Shown: positions 1-13,917 of the stretch, in pieces | Layout: every line of letters starts with the position of its first letter | Position numbering within the stretch: the stretch's first letter is position 1 | Origin: Eledone cirrhosa | Taxonomy: Eukaryota | DNA length: 64,000 nt | Direction: 5' to 3' | NCBI GenBank assembly: GCA_964016885.1 | Contig: OZ024753.1 | Span: 2,356,001 to 2,420,000, forward strand | The notes under the pieces: generated by a model | What the model was told of the DNA's origin: nothing | Databases searched by the model: none | The model's input: only the letters and a program-made list of their open reading frames with translations | Translations under genes and position numbers: made by a program

Positions 1-15
1 CATTTTCAAAGACAA

Positions 16-18
<3 letters not shown>

Positions 19-91
<73 letters not shown>
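19..91. repeat. (TA)n microsatellite
   Basis: Uninterrupted TA dinucleotide run. Confidence 0.95.
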
Positions 92-95
<4 letters not shown>

Positions 96-662
96 TTGAA
101 TATGGTTGCTGTCAATGCGTACATACGCACACAGAAGAGAAACACAAGCACTCACACACACGCCTATACACACACACACACAGTAATATATATATATATA
201 TATATTACTGTGTGTATGTGTGTATTTATAAATATTTCGTCTAATGGAAACTCTTCAAAGAAAATCAAACATAAATATCTTTTGTACCAAACTACACTAA
301 AAAGATCAGTAGGTACAGAATAAGTAGACTTCCAATTGTATATTCCAAATAAACTGTAGCAATATTGATGGCTGTTCTTTTGTTGATTAGATTCTTGCAG
401 TATCGCTCTACATAGGTTTTACTTTCAGAGACATTTGTTTTTTTTATACAATATTTTTGTTTGCGTATTCATAACTTCGATAATAAGCAATAAGCAATAT
501 TTGCAGTAAGCACAGCGAAGTCGAATATTTTTTTTTTCAAATTTCATTCTCTTATCTTGCATTAATACAACTTTACTCCTCTCTCATCGACTGATATTGT
601 AGGATATACTCATGCACTGGCAGTTTATACAAATGTACACACACACATACACACATTGCTAA

Positions 663-699
<37 letters not shown>

Positions 700-703
<4 letters not shown>

Positions 704-904
704 AACGAGTAGGACCCCAACGGCTGAGCTCAAGCCGTTTCGACGGCTAATTCTGGACTAGCCGTAATTAGAATTAGCCGTCGAAACGGCTTGAGCTCAG
801 CCGTTGGGGTCCTACTCGTTCCTATTACCCACTCTACTACCCTAAGTATTGAGTACTTTGGTGCGTTATGGTCCACCTGGTTCCTTACCACATTTCCTTC
901 GTTA
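700..904 (+). mobile_element. Hairpin-plus-tail element family A, copy 1 (probable Penelope-like pLTR 3' end carrying the 3' half of a hammerhead)
   Basis: Perfect 55-bp inverted arms 700-754 and 770-824, 80-bp tail 825-904, (TA)n on both sides. Arms contain tagccgtc-GAAA-cggcttgagctcagccg-TT/TC. Near-identical copies at 18847, 40113 and 54220. Confidence 0.8.
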
Positions 905-916
905 TATATATATATG

Positions 917-983
<67 letters not shown>

Positions 984-1315
984 GCGCGCGTGTGTGTGTG
1001 TAGGTATGTATGTATACACACACATAGTTTCGTGCCTGACGGCGCAGTGAGTCCACCAGGATTTTTCCATCGTCAGCTAAAATTGACTATTGGAGCGAGC
1101 ATAAACAGTGTATATAGCAGACAAATCGCATAAAAAGATTTTAATTTCGGATATAATAATGGGTCTTGATTGGATGTTAGAGGTGGTAGTATCATCTTCC
1201 TCTATTTTGCATGTGCAAATTTGTGTGGGACAAGACTTTGTTCTTGTTAGTAGCCATGGCTGAATAAACCTAAAGCAAACCTATAGAAATATAAATCACA
1301 ATTATGTCTATATTT

Positions 1316-1535
1316 AAGGCGCGTGGTTCAATATGCGGAGATGGTGATGCGCTGTGTCCTTGAGCAAGACACTTTATTTCACGTTGCTCCTTGTGCCAGA
1401 AGTTGCGACCGGTAGATAGTATCAGCAATGGAAAGACCAATGAAAACATTGTTTCCTTGGTTCGATTTGACGAGGTCCACCCAACTCGGCAAGACAATGA
1501 CGTTTGGGATCTTGTGGATCAATTAGAGCAAGCGA
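1316..1535 (+). mobile_element. Degenerate SINE (family 2) fragment joined to a second dispersed repeat
   Basis: aaggcgcgtgg head and gtgtccttgagcaagacactttatttcacgttgctcc block, matched in reverse at 28935-29050. Segment 1408-1530 matches 29105-29226 in reverse orientation. Confidence 0.5.
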
Positions 1536-1689
1536 ACGATATTGATTTACAAGAAAGAATGATGAAATGATATATCAATGTTGTAAATTGATGTGTTAAT
1601 ATAGAAAATATATTAAAGAATGTCGGCTGTTTGATATTCTTAATATTTGTTGGGTTTAGCATCTGTATAGATTTGTTGTCAAAAAGGGA

Positions 1690-1904
1690 TAATTGTTTCT
1701 ACGGTAGGCACAAAGGCAGCAATTACCCAGTGCATTACTGGTACTTTAGTTTATCGACCCCGTAAGGATGAAAGGCAAAGTTAACCTTGGCGGGATTTGA
1801 ACTCAGAATGGCAAGGGCCGTAACTCTATGCGTCAAAGCATGGCGTCCGACCCTCTACCGTTACTGCCAATCCACCGCCCTCTACCGATACTGCCAATCC
1901 ACCG
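1690..1904 (-). mobile_element. tRNA-derived SINE family 1 copy with short tandem duplication at its 5' end
   Basis: Minus strand has A-box-like TGGCAGTATCGG, B-box GTTCAAATCC and conserved block gcctttcatccttacggggtcgataaa. The ccctctaccg..ccaatccaccg segment occurs twice. Confidence 0.85.
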
Positions 1905-3197
1905 TCAAAAAGGAATAATAAAGGCAAAAACGGGGGTAGGAAACAAATTACTGTGGAGTAAATATTTGCTGTCAACACGTAAATCAACGAGGAGATATTT
2001 TTATGGGACATTAGTAGTGTTTATTACCATTCATAACTCACGCATACACCTGTAAGCAAAATCGCACATATTTACATACAGACGGGTACATTTATATATT
2101 TCCTGCACTCAGATGCTTCTACTTCCATAACTGTGCTTGCATTTGCATGTTTATATACCCTTGTGTTCTTCATATTTTCGCATTTACTCTTGGTTACGTA
2201 CATTACGTAAAGAAAACATACACACATGCGTTCCTTTAAACTAATATACGCTCAATGGGTTACTAAATCTCATTTGGGTATAAGCCTTTGATAGAAAAAT
2301 GTGAATTATAAGAAATGGAAGGCAATAAAGTTATAAATTAAGCTTAATAGGTAGTGGATAAAACTGGTGATACATTGTAATGACGGATAGATGTTAAAAG
2401 AGGATACAGATGATAAAAACAGGTGATAAAACCTTATAAGACTATATCACATGGTGGAAAATTGCAAATATTATAAACAAATAAATAGTAATTGAAATGC
2501 ATGTTAAAGAAACTAAGATAAAGTGAAGGCGAAAGAGATGAAAGTGGATTAAAAAATACATAGAGCTCGGAGAAGTGGGATGAAAAGAATTGACGTTAAG
2601 AAAGAATTAACCTGAGAGGAAAATAGTACAAAGCGTAGTTTGTGTATGTAGAGGGAGTGTCGGGAATTAGCATAGATCCCTTTGAAACGTAGTATACGAA
2701 AGCTATAGCTTCACTTCCCTTCATGATCGATAAAAAAGTACAAGTCCAGTACTGAGTCAATTCTGCCTCTACAACTCTATCGCAATTCTCTCTATCACAC
2801 ACACTAGCTCTCTCTTCTTTCCTGGAGGAATTCGACTGAGATCAGACCTGAACAGGGGATGGACTCCGCCAGATCTAAAATGAAAATACCCAAGATACGA
2901 AAGTTAACAGAGGTCGCTATGTTGTTTGAAAAATGTATATGAAGGACACGAAATGACGCTTTGTAGTACCGCAAATATTATCCTTGAATGTTTACATCCT
3001 GCATATGTAAGATCTTAGCATATGGTTATATAGTATAAAGAAAACTCCTTCCATATATTTTCTAATAGCCATACAGTTGAGATTGTTCGATAGAGATCGA
3101 ACCTTGAGCTGATCAATAGCGAAACGCGCGTCACATGTCAATAAACGTAATGAAGGCATAACAAATCGTCCTTTTAAATAAATAATTATATAAATAA

Positions 3198-3356
<159 letters not shown>

Positions 3357-3699
3357 GGGACAGAGTTTTAAATTTGCGAGCACTGTATTTATATTCCTAT
3401 TTATATTCACTGCTTTTGATGAAGGGAAATGAAAAGCAACCAGAATTAAAAGGAGTAAGTGAAAAAATATGGGACGAATTATATTTATAAAAAATTAACA
3501 TCAACTCAAGCACCATTTCCTCACCATCCCCACCATCGTTTCCTCCTCCACAGTAACATCTTCATATATAACATCACCTCTAAAAAAATAGCTATAATTG
3601 AAACAATAACGATAGAAACCCCAGCTGTTGCTCAGTAAAGTGAAACACAGTAATAAATTGAATTTATAAAATATAAACAAAACTCTTCAAACTAAAACT

Positions 3700-3754
3700 G
3701 AATGTAATATATACATATAAATATATCTACGCCCACACACAGACACACACACAC

Positions 3755-3785
<31 letters not shown>

Positions 3786-3855
3786 TATATACATATATAT
3801 ATATGTATATATACATATATCTGTATATATATGCATATATATACATATATATATG

Positions 3856-3904
<49 letters not shown>

Positions 3905-3931
3905 GTATATATATATACATATATATATATG

Positions 3932-3980
<49 letters not shown>

Positions 3981-4113
3981 ATGTATATATACATATATAC
4001 ATATATATATATATATACATATATAGATACATATATACACATATATATATATACTCATATGCATATATATATATGTATATATATGTATGTTTATATATAT
4101 ATATCCCTGTGTG

Positions 4114-4166
<53 letters not shown>

Positions 4167-4499
4167 GTATATATATGTATGTTTATATATATGTATGTTT
4201 ATATATATATATATATATATATTTATACATATATATTAATTTTTAAATATTTTCATTTTATATTTTTATATTGAGTCCAACTGAATAACACTTTTAAAAA
4301 TAAATGATGAAGGTGTAATGATTTTCCTAGAACCTTTTAGTTTATATATATATTTTTAATTTAGATATTTTCTCGTTTTATTTGCTTGTATATTTTTCAA
4401 TGTACGAATTTTAATTTAGATATATTTTGTAGGTGTTCTTTTTTCATCAGAAACATATTTTCAGTAAAGAATGGTGTAAATGTAAAATATCTATTACAT

Positions 4500-4547
<48 letters not shown>

Positions 4548-4707
4548 AGTGTATATATATATAAAGCATGTATGCATATATACATGTATATATAATGGAT
4601 GTATAGATATATACAGGTATACATATATATAATGTATGTATGCACATATACATGTAGATAAATATAATGTATGTATGCATATATACATATATATATAATA
4701 TATATAA

Positions 4708-4777
<70 letters not shown>

Positions 4778-4857
4778 GTGTATATATAGCTATCTATACG
4801 GATATGAATATATATATGTGTATATATATTTATATATATATATACATATAAAAAAAT

Positions 4858-4942
<85 letters not shown>

Positions 4943-4967
4943 AAGACAGAGAGAGGGAGTCAATGGA

Positions 4968-5010
<43 letters not shown>
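3700..5010. repeat. Degenerate TA/TG/CA/GA microsatellite block with short unique islands
   Basis: Directly visible; source of the overlapping YI-rich ORFs. Confidence 0.9.
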
Positions 5011-5013
<3 letters not shown>

Positions 5014-5540
5014 ATAGTGAGTCAGATAGATAGTTGCATAGATAGATAATGAATATATTCCGTTCAATTTTCAATGTATATTTACCCCAATTGACGTAAA
5101 ATGAGAATGATGTAAATAGTATCTTTTAAAGTTTAAAATAGAAATATAGAAATATTTCCTTTTTAAAGTTTCTCTTACTAATAAAATCAACCTATCACCT
5201 GCTGTTTGTTTATAAAAATATTGTTCTGTACTTATATAACAGCAGATAAATTCGCATTATGAAGAAAGCATGTTTTCACTATATACTGTATGTATTATTT
5301 CAGAAAAACTGTAAATACTTTGAACATTTTAATTTTCTTATTCGATTTCTTTTAATATCAAATCTAGCTCCAGAATTTCCTCGTATGAGATGAAACATGT
5401 GTGTACTTAACATCCTTTTTTCCTGACATAAGTTCACACGGACAGGAATAATTAGATATATGTTCGTATATGTATATGCATGTATGTATGAATGGCTGTA
5501 TATATATACACACACACATATATATACATATATACATATA

Positions 5541-5600
5541 TACAAGGTGTCCCCAAAAAATTATACTCACTTCAACAGCATTCTAATAAATGTTGCCTGA
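5541..5600 (+). mobile_element. Possible Tc1/mariner-type terminal inverted repeat
   Basis: TA followed by caaggtgtccccaaaaaa resembles the TA-CAGGGTGTCC start of Tc1/mariner TIRs; no partner end found. Confidence 0.3.
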
Positions 5601-5984
5601 TACCAAAGTTACGAAATGGGTTGAAATGGGATGACTTTGGAGTTAAGCTGCAATCCGACTTTAGTTCAGAAAATAAAGTGTTCGAGCAGAACATCTGCCG
5701 ACTTCGTATTAAGAAGCTCCCCACCACACCCGTGGTTCTCCTCTCTTTATATATAGTATTGATGAATATGGATGGTTTCCCACTACGGGTGTTCTTGTTG
5801 TTTGATTGATGGAACAATCTGCTCTGGAAACTACCGACCATGTGCCTGAGAATTCTCTAGAAAGGTGTACACTTAACGCAATTCTCATTGATATTCAGTG
5901 TCAGACTGTATGCAAAGACTGGCCTTTGTTAATTATAGGTACAGCTAATTTTTGGCATTTGTGTGGTTTGGAACAACGAGACAT

Positions 5985-6078
5985 ATAGTGTCATGTTCAT
6001 GGACAAATCGCCGGGATTCGAACTCACGGCCTAACGATCGATGGTCGAACACCTTTACAACTAAGTCAATAGTCTTCA
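5985..6078 (-). mobile_element. Degenerate tRNA-derived SINE (family 2) head
   Basis: Minus strand gtgaagac...gagttcgaatcccgg (B-box), then gtccatgaacatgacact resembling the gtccttgagcaagacact block. Confidence 0.45.
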
Positions 6079-6101
6079 CACACACACACACACACACACC
6101 C

Positions 6102-6135
<34 letters not shown>

Positions 6136-6406
6136 TAAAACATGTCTATAGAATCACCAGATAAAATATATACCGTTTCCTCTCCCAATTAGCATAATTA
6201 ACCATATAACAAATCAATTAAACCAAGCTATAAGAATAAAGGCTCCTATGAAGAAATCTCCGACAAATAACTGAAAGCAGCCCTTCGCGGCGGTTGCGAC
6301 GGAGTATTTATCGAGTATTTCGACAGCGTGTATAAATCGACCAGATATACAGTCAACTAAACAGAATTAGGTGTAAAATAAACTAGGAGAAAAGTGAACA
6401 TATTTA

Positions 6407-6490
6407 GTTACCTCTACCATGGTTTCGTCCGCATTTTAAGATATCCGATAACATTGGAAATCTGGAGCACCGGACTCTTCAGGAGTTAGC
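6407..6490 (-). ncRNA. Type I hammerhead ribozyme motif
   Basis: Minus strand: gctaactc CTGAAGA GTCCG..CGGAC GAAA CCATGG TA gaggtaac. Intact core, perfect 5-bp stem II base, palindromic stem III (ACCATGGT), GUA cleavage triplet, imperfect stem I. Confidence 0.75.
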
Positions 6491-6686
6491 TCAAATTTAG
6501 ACAATTAATTTTCCAAAGTGATCGCGCCAAGAATACATTCAAAAATGGCTAAGAATCGTGACGTGACAGTGGTCAAGTTAGAAAGAATGTGATTAGTTGC
6601 TTACGGCTGGTAGCCTTTTGCTAGAAAGCGCAGCCCAATACAGCCAAAATTGTATCTCAACCTAACGGGAGATTATTACATATAAA

Positions 6687-6717
<31 letters not shown>

Positions 6718-7339
6718 GTTTTGCAACGGGTCACTTTATCGTCATAAATTTAAAGTCATATAAAAAGAGACTGATCAATTAGAGTGATCAAATCACAAAA
6801 TTACACAATTATTTAAACGTTCTCTCTGACTATAGGTTAAAACATAAACAAAAATACCTTAAATTATATAGAAAAGTTCACAAATAAATAAATAATATAC
6901 GCTAAGGCGTAAACCAAACAGTAATTAATTCTCAACAGCTGGAATGGAATTCTATCCGTGAGGAAGGTGTAGATGTGCAATGAAAACTTCGACACCCAAG
7001 AAATAAATGAAAGCTGACTATAGCAGATATTTGTTCTAAAATTGTTTTAAAATGATATAAATGCGTCTGCTTTAACACATGGTCTCAGAGATTGGCATTT
7101 GCAAAGGTAGTGTAGCATATGCATATGTAATTAAGTATTCCTATCATATATTTGTGTCGTGTGGCCTTTTCAGATCGTTAATTCTGTTGTAGATTTTCAG
7201 CAAACTGATAGCGTTATTCAAAATATCATATTTCACCTTAGGTAATGAATACTTCTCTCGAGAGGACTAACAATTAACAGCTCCTGGAAATGCGTTCTAG
7301 TCTACTTGTATGTGTAATGTATTATGTCAAATGTACACA

Positions 7340-8790
<1,451 letters not shown>

Positions 8791-9845
8791 TGGAGAGAGA
8801 GAGAAAGTGAAATATTGGAAATAGCACGGAAAATATATATTTAAGGCTCTGTTTTTCTTTTTCTTTCTTTCTTTGATTCGTCAAAGTGACATTATTGAAA
8901 AAATGAGGGACAATTCTTTTAAAAAATAGTTTTATTATGTATATAAAGTATAACCGCTTTCGATGTATTAGTAAAATTCATCTTATCAAATGAGATGCAT
9001 TTTGGTACTCTTTCTTGCTCTTTATGCTCGTATTCACATCTCACTTACAAGTTAGACTTAATCCGTCTCCCTATCTAACAATATCACTTGGCCTTTGAGT
9101 AGCTTTAGGAAAATCAAATCTATTGCAAATCATCAGGTTTAAGGATGCTTTCTTCCCTTCTTCCCAAGCTTTAGCCGGCTTTCTACTCGTCGCCATTCAT
9201 AAGCTTTTACTGTAAATAAATCTATTATAATCCTTGGCTTGAGAGTAGAAGGCTATGATAGTCACGAGACTTGTCCATTATTTCTAAAGATGGTTTATAT
9301 TTGTAAATTATTAATTTCTTGCTTGTTAGTTATTTGTTGAATTGTAATGTTATCGCCAAATTAAGTTTGGCAAATTTCTCCCGGCCCAGTTTTCTATATA
9401 CTTCTTTTGTGGAATCTTTCTTGTTTTTATATCAACAAATTAGAATATAAATGAGATTATCAGATAAACATGTGAAAACTGTTTTTAAATGTAATGTTTT
9501 GTCCATCTTCGAATCTGAATTCCGAGCCTTCCAGCATATATTCAGATTCCGCAACTAAGTCTTCCAAATTCTGTTACTTGTGGTGTGTCAATAATGTTTT
9601 CTAGAAATTGATTCCTCGGCTATAAAGCTGACATCAACGAAAAATTGTTAAATTGTATCCCATTGATCTTACCTACAACAATGCAAAGTAACCTAACCTC
9701 TCCAAAAGGAAGGAATGAAACACTGACTACGTTATGTGACTATTTATTGTTTATTTTAATCGATACTGTAGAAAAGAGATACATAAAAGTACATTTCTCA
9801 AGACTAGAATGGACGAACCTCTAAGGACTATAAAACATTGATTTT

Positions 9846-10541
9846 ATCATTAAGAAAACCGACAAAGAAGCGCAGTGGTTAATATGGATATCCCTTATAC
9901 GCACCTCATCAAAACATGTTAGCAGATAATAGTGTCTCCTATAATAGAACGACAAGCCTATATAGACATTCTAAAACAATAGAAAGAGTGTGGTAAAGAT
10001 GTTTGATAGATAAAGCAGTAAATTACTAAATGAAATTCAAATACAAAACTAGCAATTTTTACGACTTAAAGAATGTCCATAAAAATAAACAAATAAACGA
10101 AGCATGCAAAAAGCTAAATTGAGATATATTGAATTATCTTCACAAACAAGACCTGCAACCGAGACTTACAATCATGGGCCTAACACAGAAAATGCATAGA
10201 TTAAGCAATTTCCTCGATATTCTATCAAAGCCTATCCTAAAGTATGTACCAAGCTATGTGTGGGAGGACCTAGATCTGTTGAATCATTTACCAAATAGAG
10301 TAAATCAAGACACAACAATTATTGTTTCATTCGATGTCGTTTTTATGTTCTCTTATCTGTACCGATTCGAATTACAAGAGACAGTACAGAAACAAATTCC
10401 GTCATTGAATGTCTAAATGTTATTCTAGAAAACATTTATTTTATGTTCGATGCAGACATGGGTTCGGGAGCAGACATGGGCTCTAAAGTAGCACCAACAT
10501 ACGTAAATCTAGTTTTGATTTACACCGAAAAGAAAATTTAT
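9846..10541 (+). pseudogene. Penelope-like retroelement reverse transcriptase relic (frameshifted, internally deleted)
   Basis: Conceptual translation gives IIKKTDK..AVV, SNFY..VHKNKQINEAC, HRLSNFLDILSKPILKYVPSYV..DLLNHLP..VSFDVV and MGSKVAPTYVNLVL..EKKIY. These match the PLE RT motifs KADKG, FYGLPKIHK, SFDV and AMG..APTYANL. Confidence 0.8.
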
Positions 10542-10943
10542 TATTATTATTGTTGTTAAAATTATTATTATTGCTATTATTATTTTAGAATATTTTAAGT
10601 TGTTACTGCAGTAGATTTATGTTTTTTTCCTTTGAACATTTTTTTTAAAATATTTAAACATTTTGTGCTCTCGAACTCTGTTTTGAATGAATATTCATTT
10701 GTGCATAGATTTATTTATGTTTACTTAATGTATGAAAATAAATACTACAGACAAAATAACTGTAAATATTGGTTTTATTTTCACTTATTGTACTTTTACT
10801 TCCTTTTAAATTTCTTTCAAAATTTCTTTTAACGACAACTGAATCTGTAAAGCTTCAAGATACCTGTTAAATTCCTATAATGTTAACACTATGTAATAAC
10901 TTATAATCAAATCTTACATTTCATTTTATTTCACACTTTGTTT

Positions 10944-11102
<159 letters not shown>

Positions 11103-11283
11103 TCGCACACAGTCGTTTGTATCAAACCCAGAGAAACAATCCATCTTTGTTACTTTGATTCTCCTTCTCATATTTCGTTTTAAATTTTGCTTGAAGATAT
11201 AAAGTTTATTCAAGTAAAAAATTATCTTAAAAAATGGAAATTCAAAATTTCGTTAACTGAAGCAAACAGACAAAAATGCAAAT

Positions 11284-11327
11284 GAAGAAGAAGAAGAAGA
11301 AGAAGAAGAAGAAGAAGAAGAAGAAGA
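11284..11327. repeat. (GAA)n microsatellite
   Basis: Directly visible. Confidence 0.95.
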
Positions 11328-11831
11328 CAACAACTACCACTTTAATAGAAGTGGGTAAAAAAATCTGTTGGTGCCTTGCAAACATATTCATATACAGAAT
11401 GGCTTTTATATTCTCTTTTCTCCAAATAGAATTTCCACTTAGCAGTTAAAATAATAGCTGCTGGAACCAGTTGTCCATTAAACAGCAATGAACGGCAACT
11501 AGTCTCAAAGGAAGAAACTAAACAAAAACAAAAAACGTCATGCATTTAGATTAAATGAAACCAAAACGACTTTAAACGCAATTGTTAAATTTTCTTTGAC
11601 ATATTTTCATAATATGCTGCAATTGTTAATGATGTTACTGTTATTGTTGGTGTTTTATTTAAGCCAATGTGATGTTGTTATTTATTTCCTCTTATAATTA
11701 CTGTATTTTAGTTGCATTATGGAGGTTATTTTCATTGTTGTATTCTGGTTTTACAGTTGTTAATGTTGGGAGTAATTTCTTTGCTGTTCGAGTAGATATT
11801 ATTCTGGTAATGTTGATGGCTCGTTTCCAGA

Positions 11832-11834
11832 TAC

Positions 11835-11890
<56 letters not shown>
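11832..11890. repeat. (TAC)n microsatellite
   Basis: Directly visible. Confidence 0.95.
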
Positions 11891-11929
11891 GATTAGATTC
11901 CATTAGATTCTGAACGTTTCCCCTAATAT

Positions 11930-12485
11930 TGGGCTGATGCAATAATACCTGATGCTGTTGAAAAGCTGTCTCACCAGTATGATAATCCAGAACTCTTTGG
12001 AACTATTACGATGCTACTCAATCATGGTCTCTTTCGAGTAATCAATCCTTCCTAACTCTGGATACAACATAGAAGATACACCAGAAAATATCCTAGAAAA
12101 TATACTGCATAAGTAAACCGAAAATGATGGTTACTCCATTTGCTAAAGTGTACGCCCAAAGACGAAGCTAAAACACTAATCCTAGTAGTTCAAGAAGGAT
12201 AGTTGACTGCAGACAACCGATAAGTAGACCAACTCAACAGATTGTTCTGCAAACTTTAAAAACCTCACATAAATATCGAGTACAGCAACTCCATCAAACC
12301 GATCCTATATGTTGCACAACATATCAACAAAGGCAGTAACTCGTTTACCTTTGCTCTTAAGTTCAATGATAGCTGGATGAGATCAAATGATATCAGACAA
12401 GCCGATACATCTCCAGTAATGATGTTATCTGGAGAATGTTTGTATTTGACATCCATTATGCTATCCAACAATTACGCCATCTATC
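11930..12485 (+). pseudogene. Helitron Rep/helicase relic (region C-terminal to the HUH motif)
   Basis: Translation across stops and frameshifts gives DNR*V..N....HINIEYSNSIKPILYVAQHINKGS and DEIK*YQTSRYISSNDVIWRMFVFDIH. These match the Helitron motifs DNRWVVPYN, HINVEYCNSVKSIKYICKYINKG and DEI..YQ.GRYISSNEA.WRIF.F.IH. Confidence 0.7.
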
Positions 12486-13870
12486 TAATTATTCATTAAT
12501 TTCAAAGATTTTTTAAATTTCCTGTCAGTCTCTTTCTTAAAGCATCATCATAACTTCAATATATCTCAAAAGTAGTAATGGAAGTGTTAAAATAAATCTG
12601 ATGAATCTTGTCTTTTAACAAGTCCAGGGACAATGGCAGTTTCGTAATACCACAGAGATAAAACCAAGAAAATCATTTATCCTAGGATTTGAAAAGCAAT
12701 TTTTACCTCAATTAAATAAATCGTTTGTAATACTAGCTAAAATCTGCAAATTACTGCACAATGCTGGTTCGATACGATACCCGGGTATTACCGAGGACGT
12801 ATGCCAGTTATCTATTTTTCTAAAGATAATGACTTACCTTACCATTAAATCTGCAACTAATGCTTTAACAAAACGAAATGCATCTCATGGACATGTAGGA
12901 ACACACTCAAACAAAGTTTACACGTAAACTCATACATAAAAATCTCATACATAACTAAATTTGAAAAAAGATGATAATACTTTTGAATAATTTTAATACA
13001 ATTTAAATGCTCTTTCTATGATATACTTATACGATTACATTCAAATGCTGATATATTTTACTAGATAACCAATTATCATGCCGACTGTTCAAAAAGCGTT
13101 GTATCATTCCTATTTCTTTTCTTTTATTGATTTTCCCCACTTGATATCATGTTTCTCACTTTCCAGACACACATTTCCTGCTACTGTGTTTGGAGTTTAC
13201 TTCATTGTTTTCAAAAGATATTAATTTAATTATATTTCCTTTATACTTTTCGTTTTTATATATTGTCAATTTATATTATTTTAAAGTTAACCACCAGCTC
13301 ACCATATACCAGAGCTCGTGTTTCTTATAAAATATAACTAAAATTCCACATTTTTATCATGACTTGAGAATTCTTTGTACGGGGGTCGACTGAAAACTTC
13401 ATAGGCTGACGAAGATACACTAATGGAAGACCAAATGAGGTGTAATTTACAACATAGTCCCTAAAATAAGCAATGAAGTTATTAATAAGAAGAGTTGAAA
13501 TTAATGCATGCAAGATTTCACAGCGCCAGCTTCACCACTTTATATGAAATTTTCAGCCGACCCTCGTAAGTTATACATACCTATAACATGAAGTGTGGCA
13601 TTCGTTGTTTCTAGAAGAAATTTAGATTAAAATGTACCACATTTGCTTGTCAGTGCTTAGTGATTTACAAAGTTCATGAATATTTATCTAAGAAAAAGAA
13701 AGGTAACACGGGTAAACAGAGCTAATTCAACTGAGTCGGCTGTTAGACATATTCTTAGAAATGAGACCTACGTTTCATATATTTAAACTTCTGATTACAA
13801 AACAGGTTTTAATTATTTCAACCCACCAACTCTAATTAGAGAGAGGGGGAGAGAGAGAGTGTGAGGGAGA

Positions 13871-13917
<47 letters not shown>

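Noticed and set aside
730-1056. Recurrent peptide [30 protein letters not shown] in ORFs at 730, 18797 and 40045
   Set aside because: It recurs only because family A is repeated; starts and stops fall in unrelated microsatellite flanks
1020-1080. Minus-strand CTGACGA-tgga..tcc and a downstream GAAA
   Set aside because: The core halves do not bracket a single stem II and no stem I forms
12265-12471. 68-aa minus-strand ORF
   Set aside because: Antisense shadow of the Helitron relic on the plus strand
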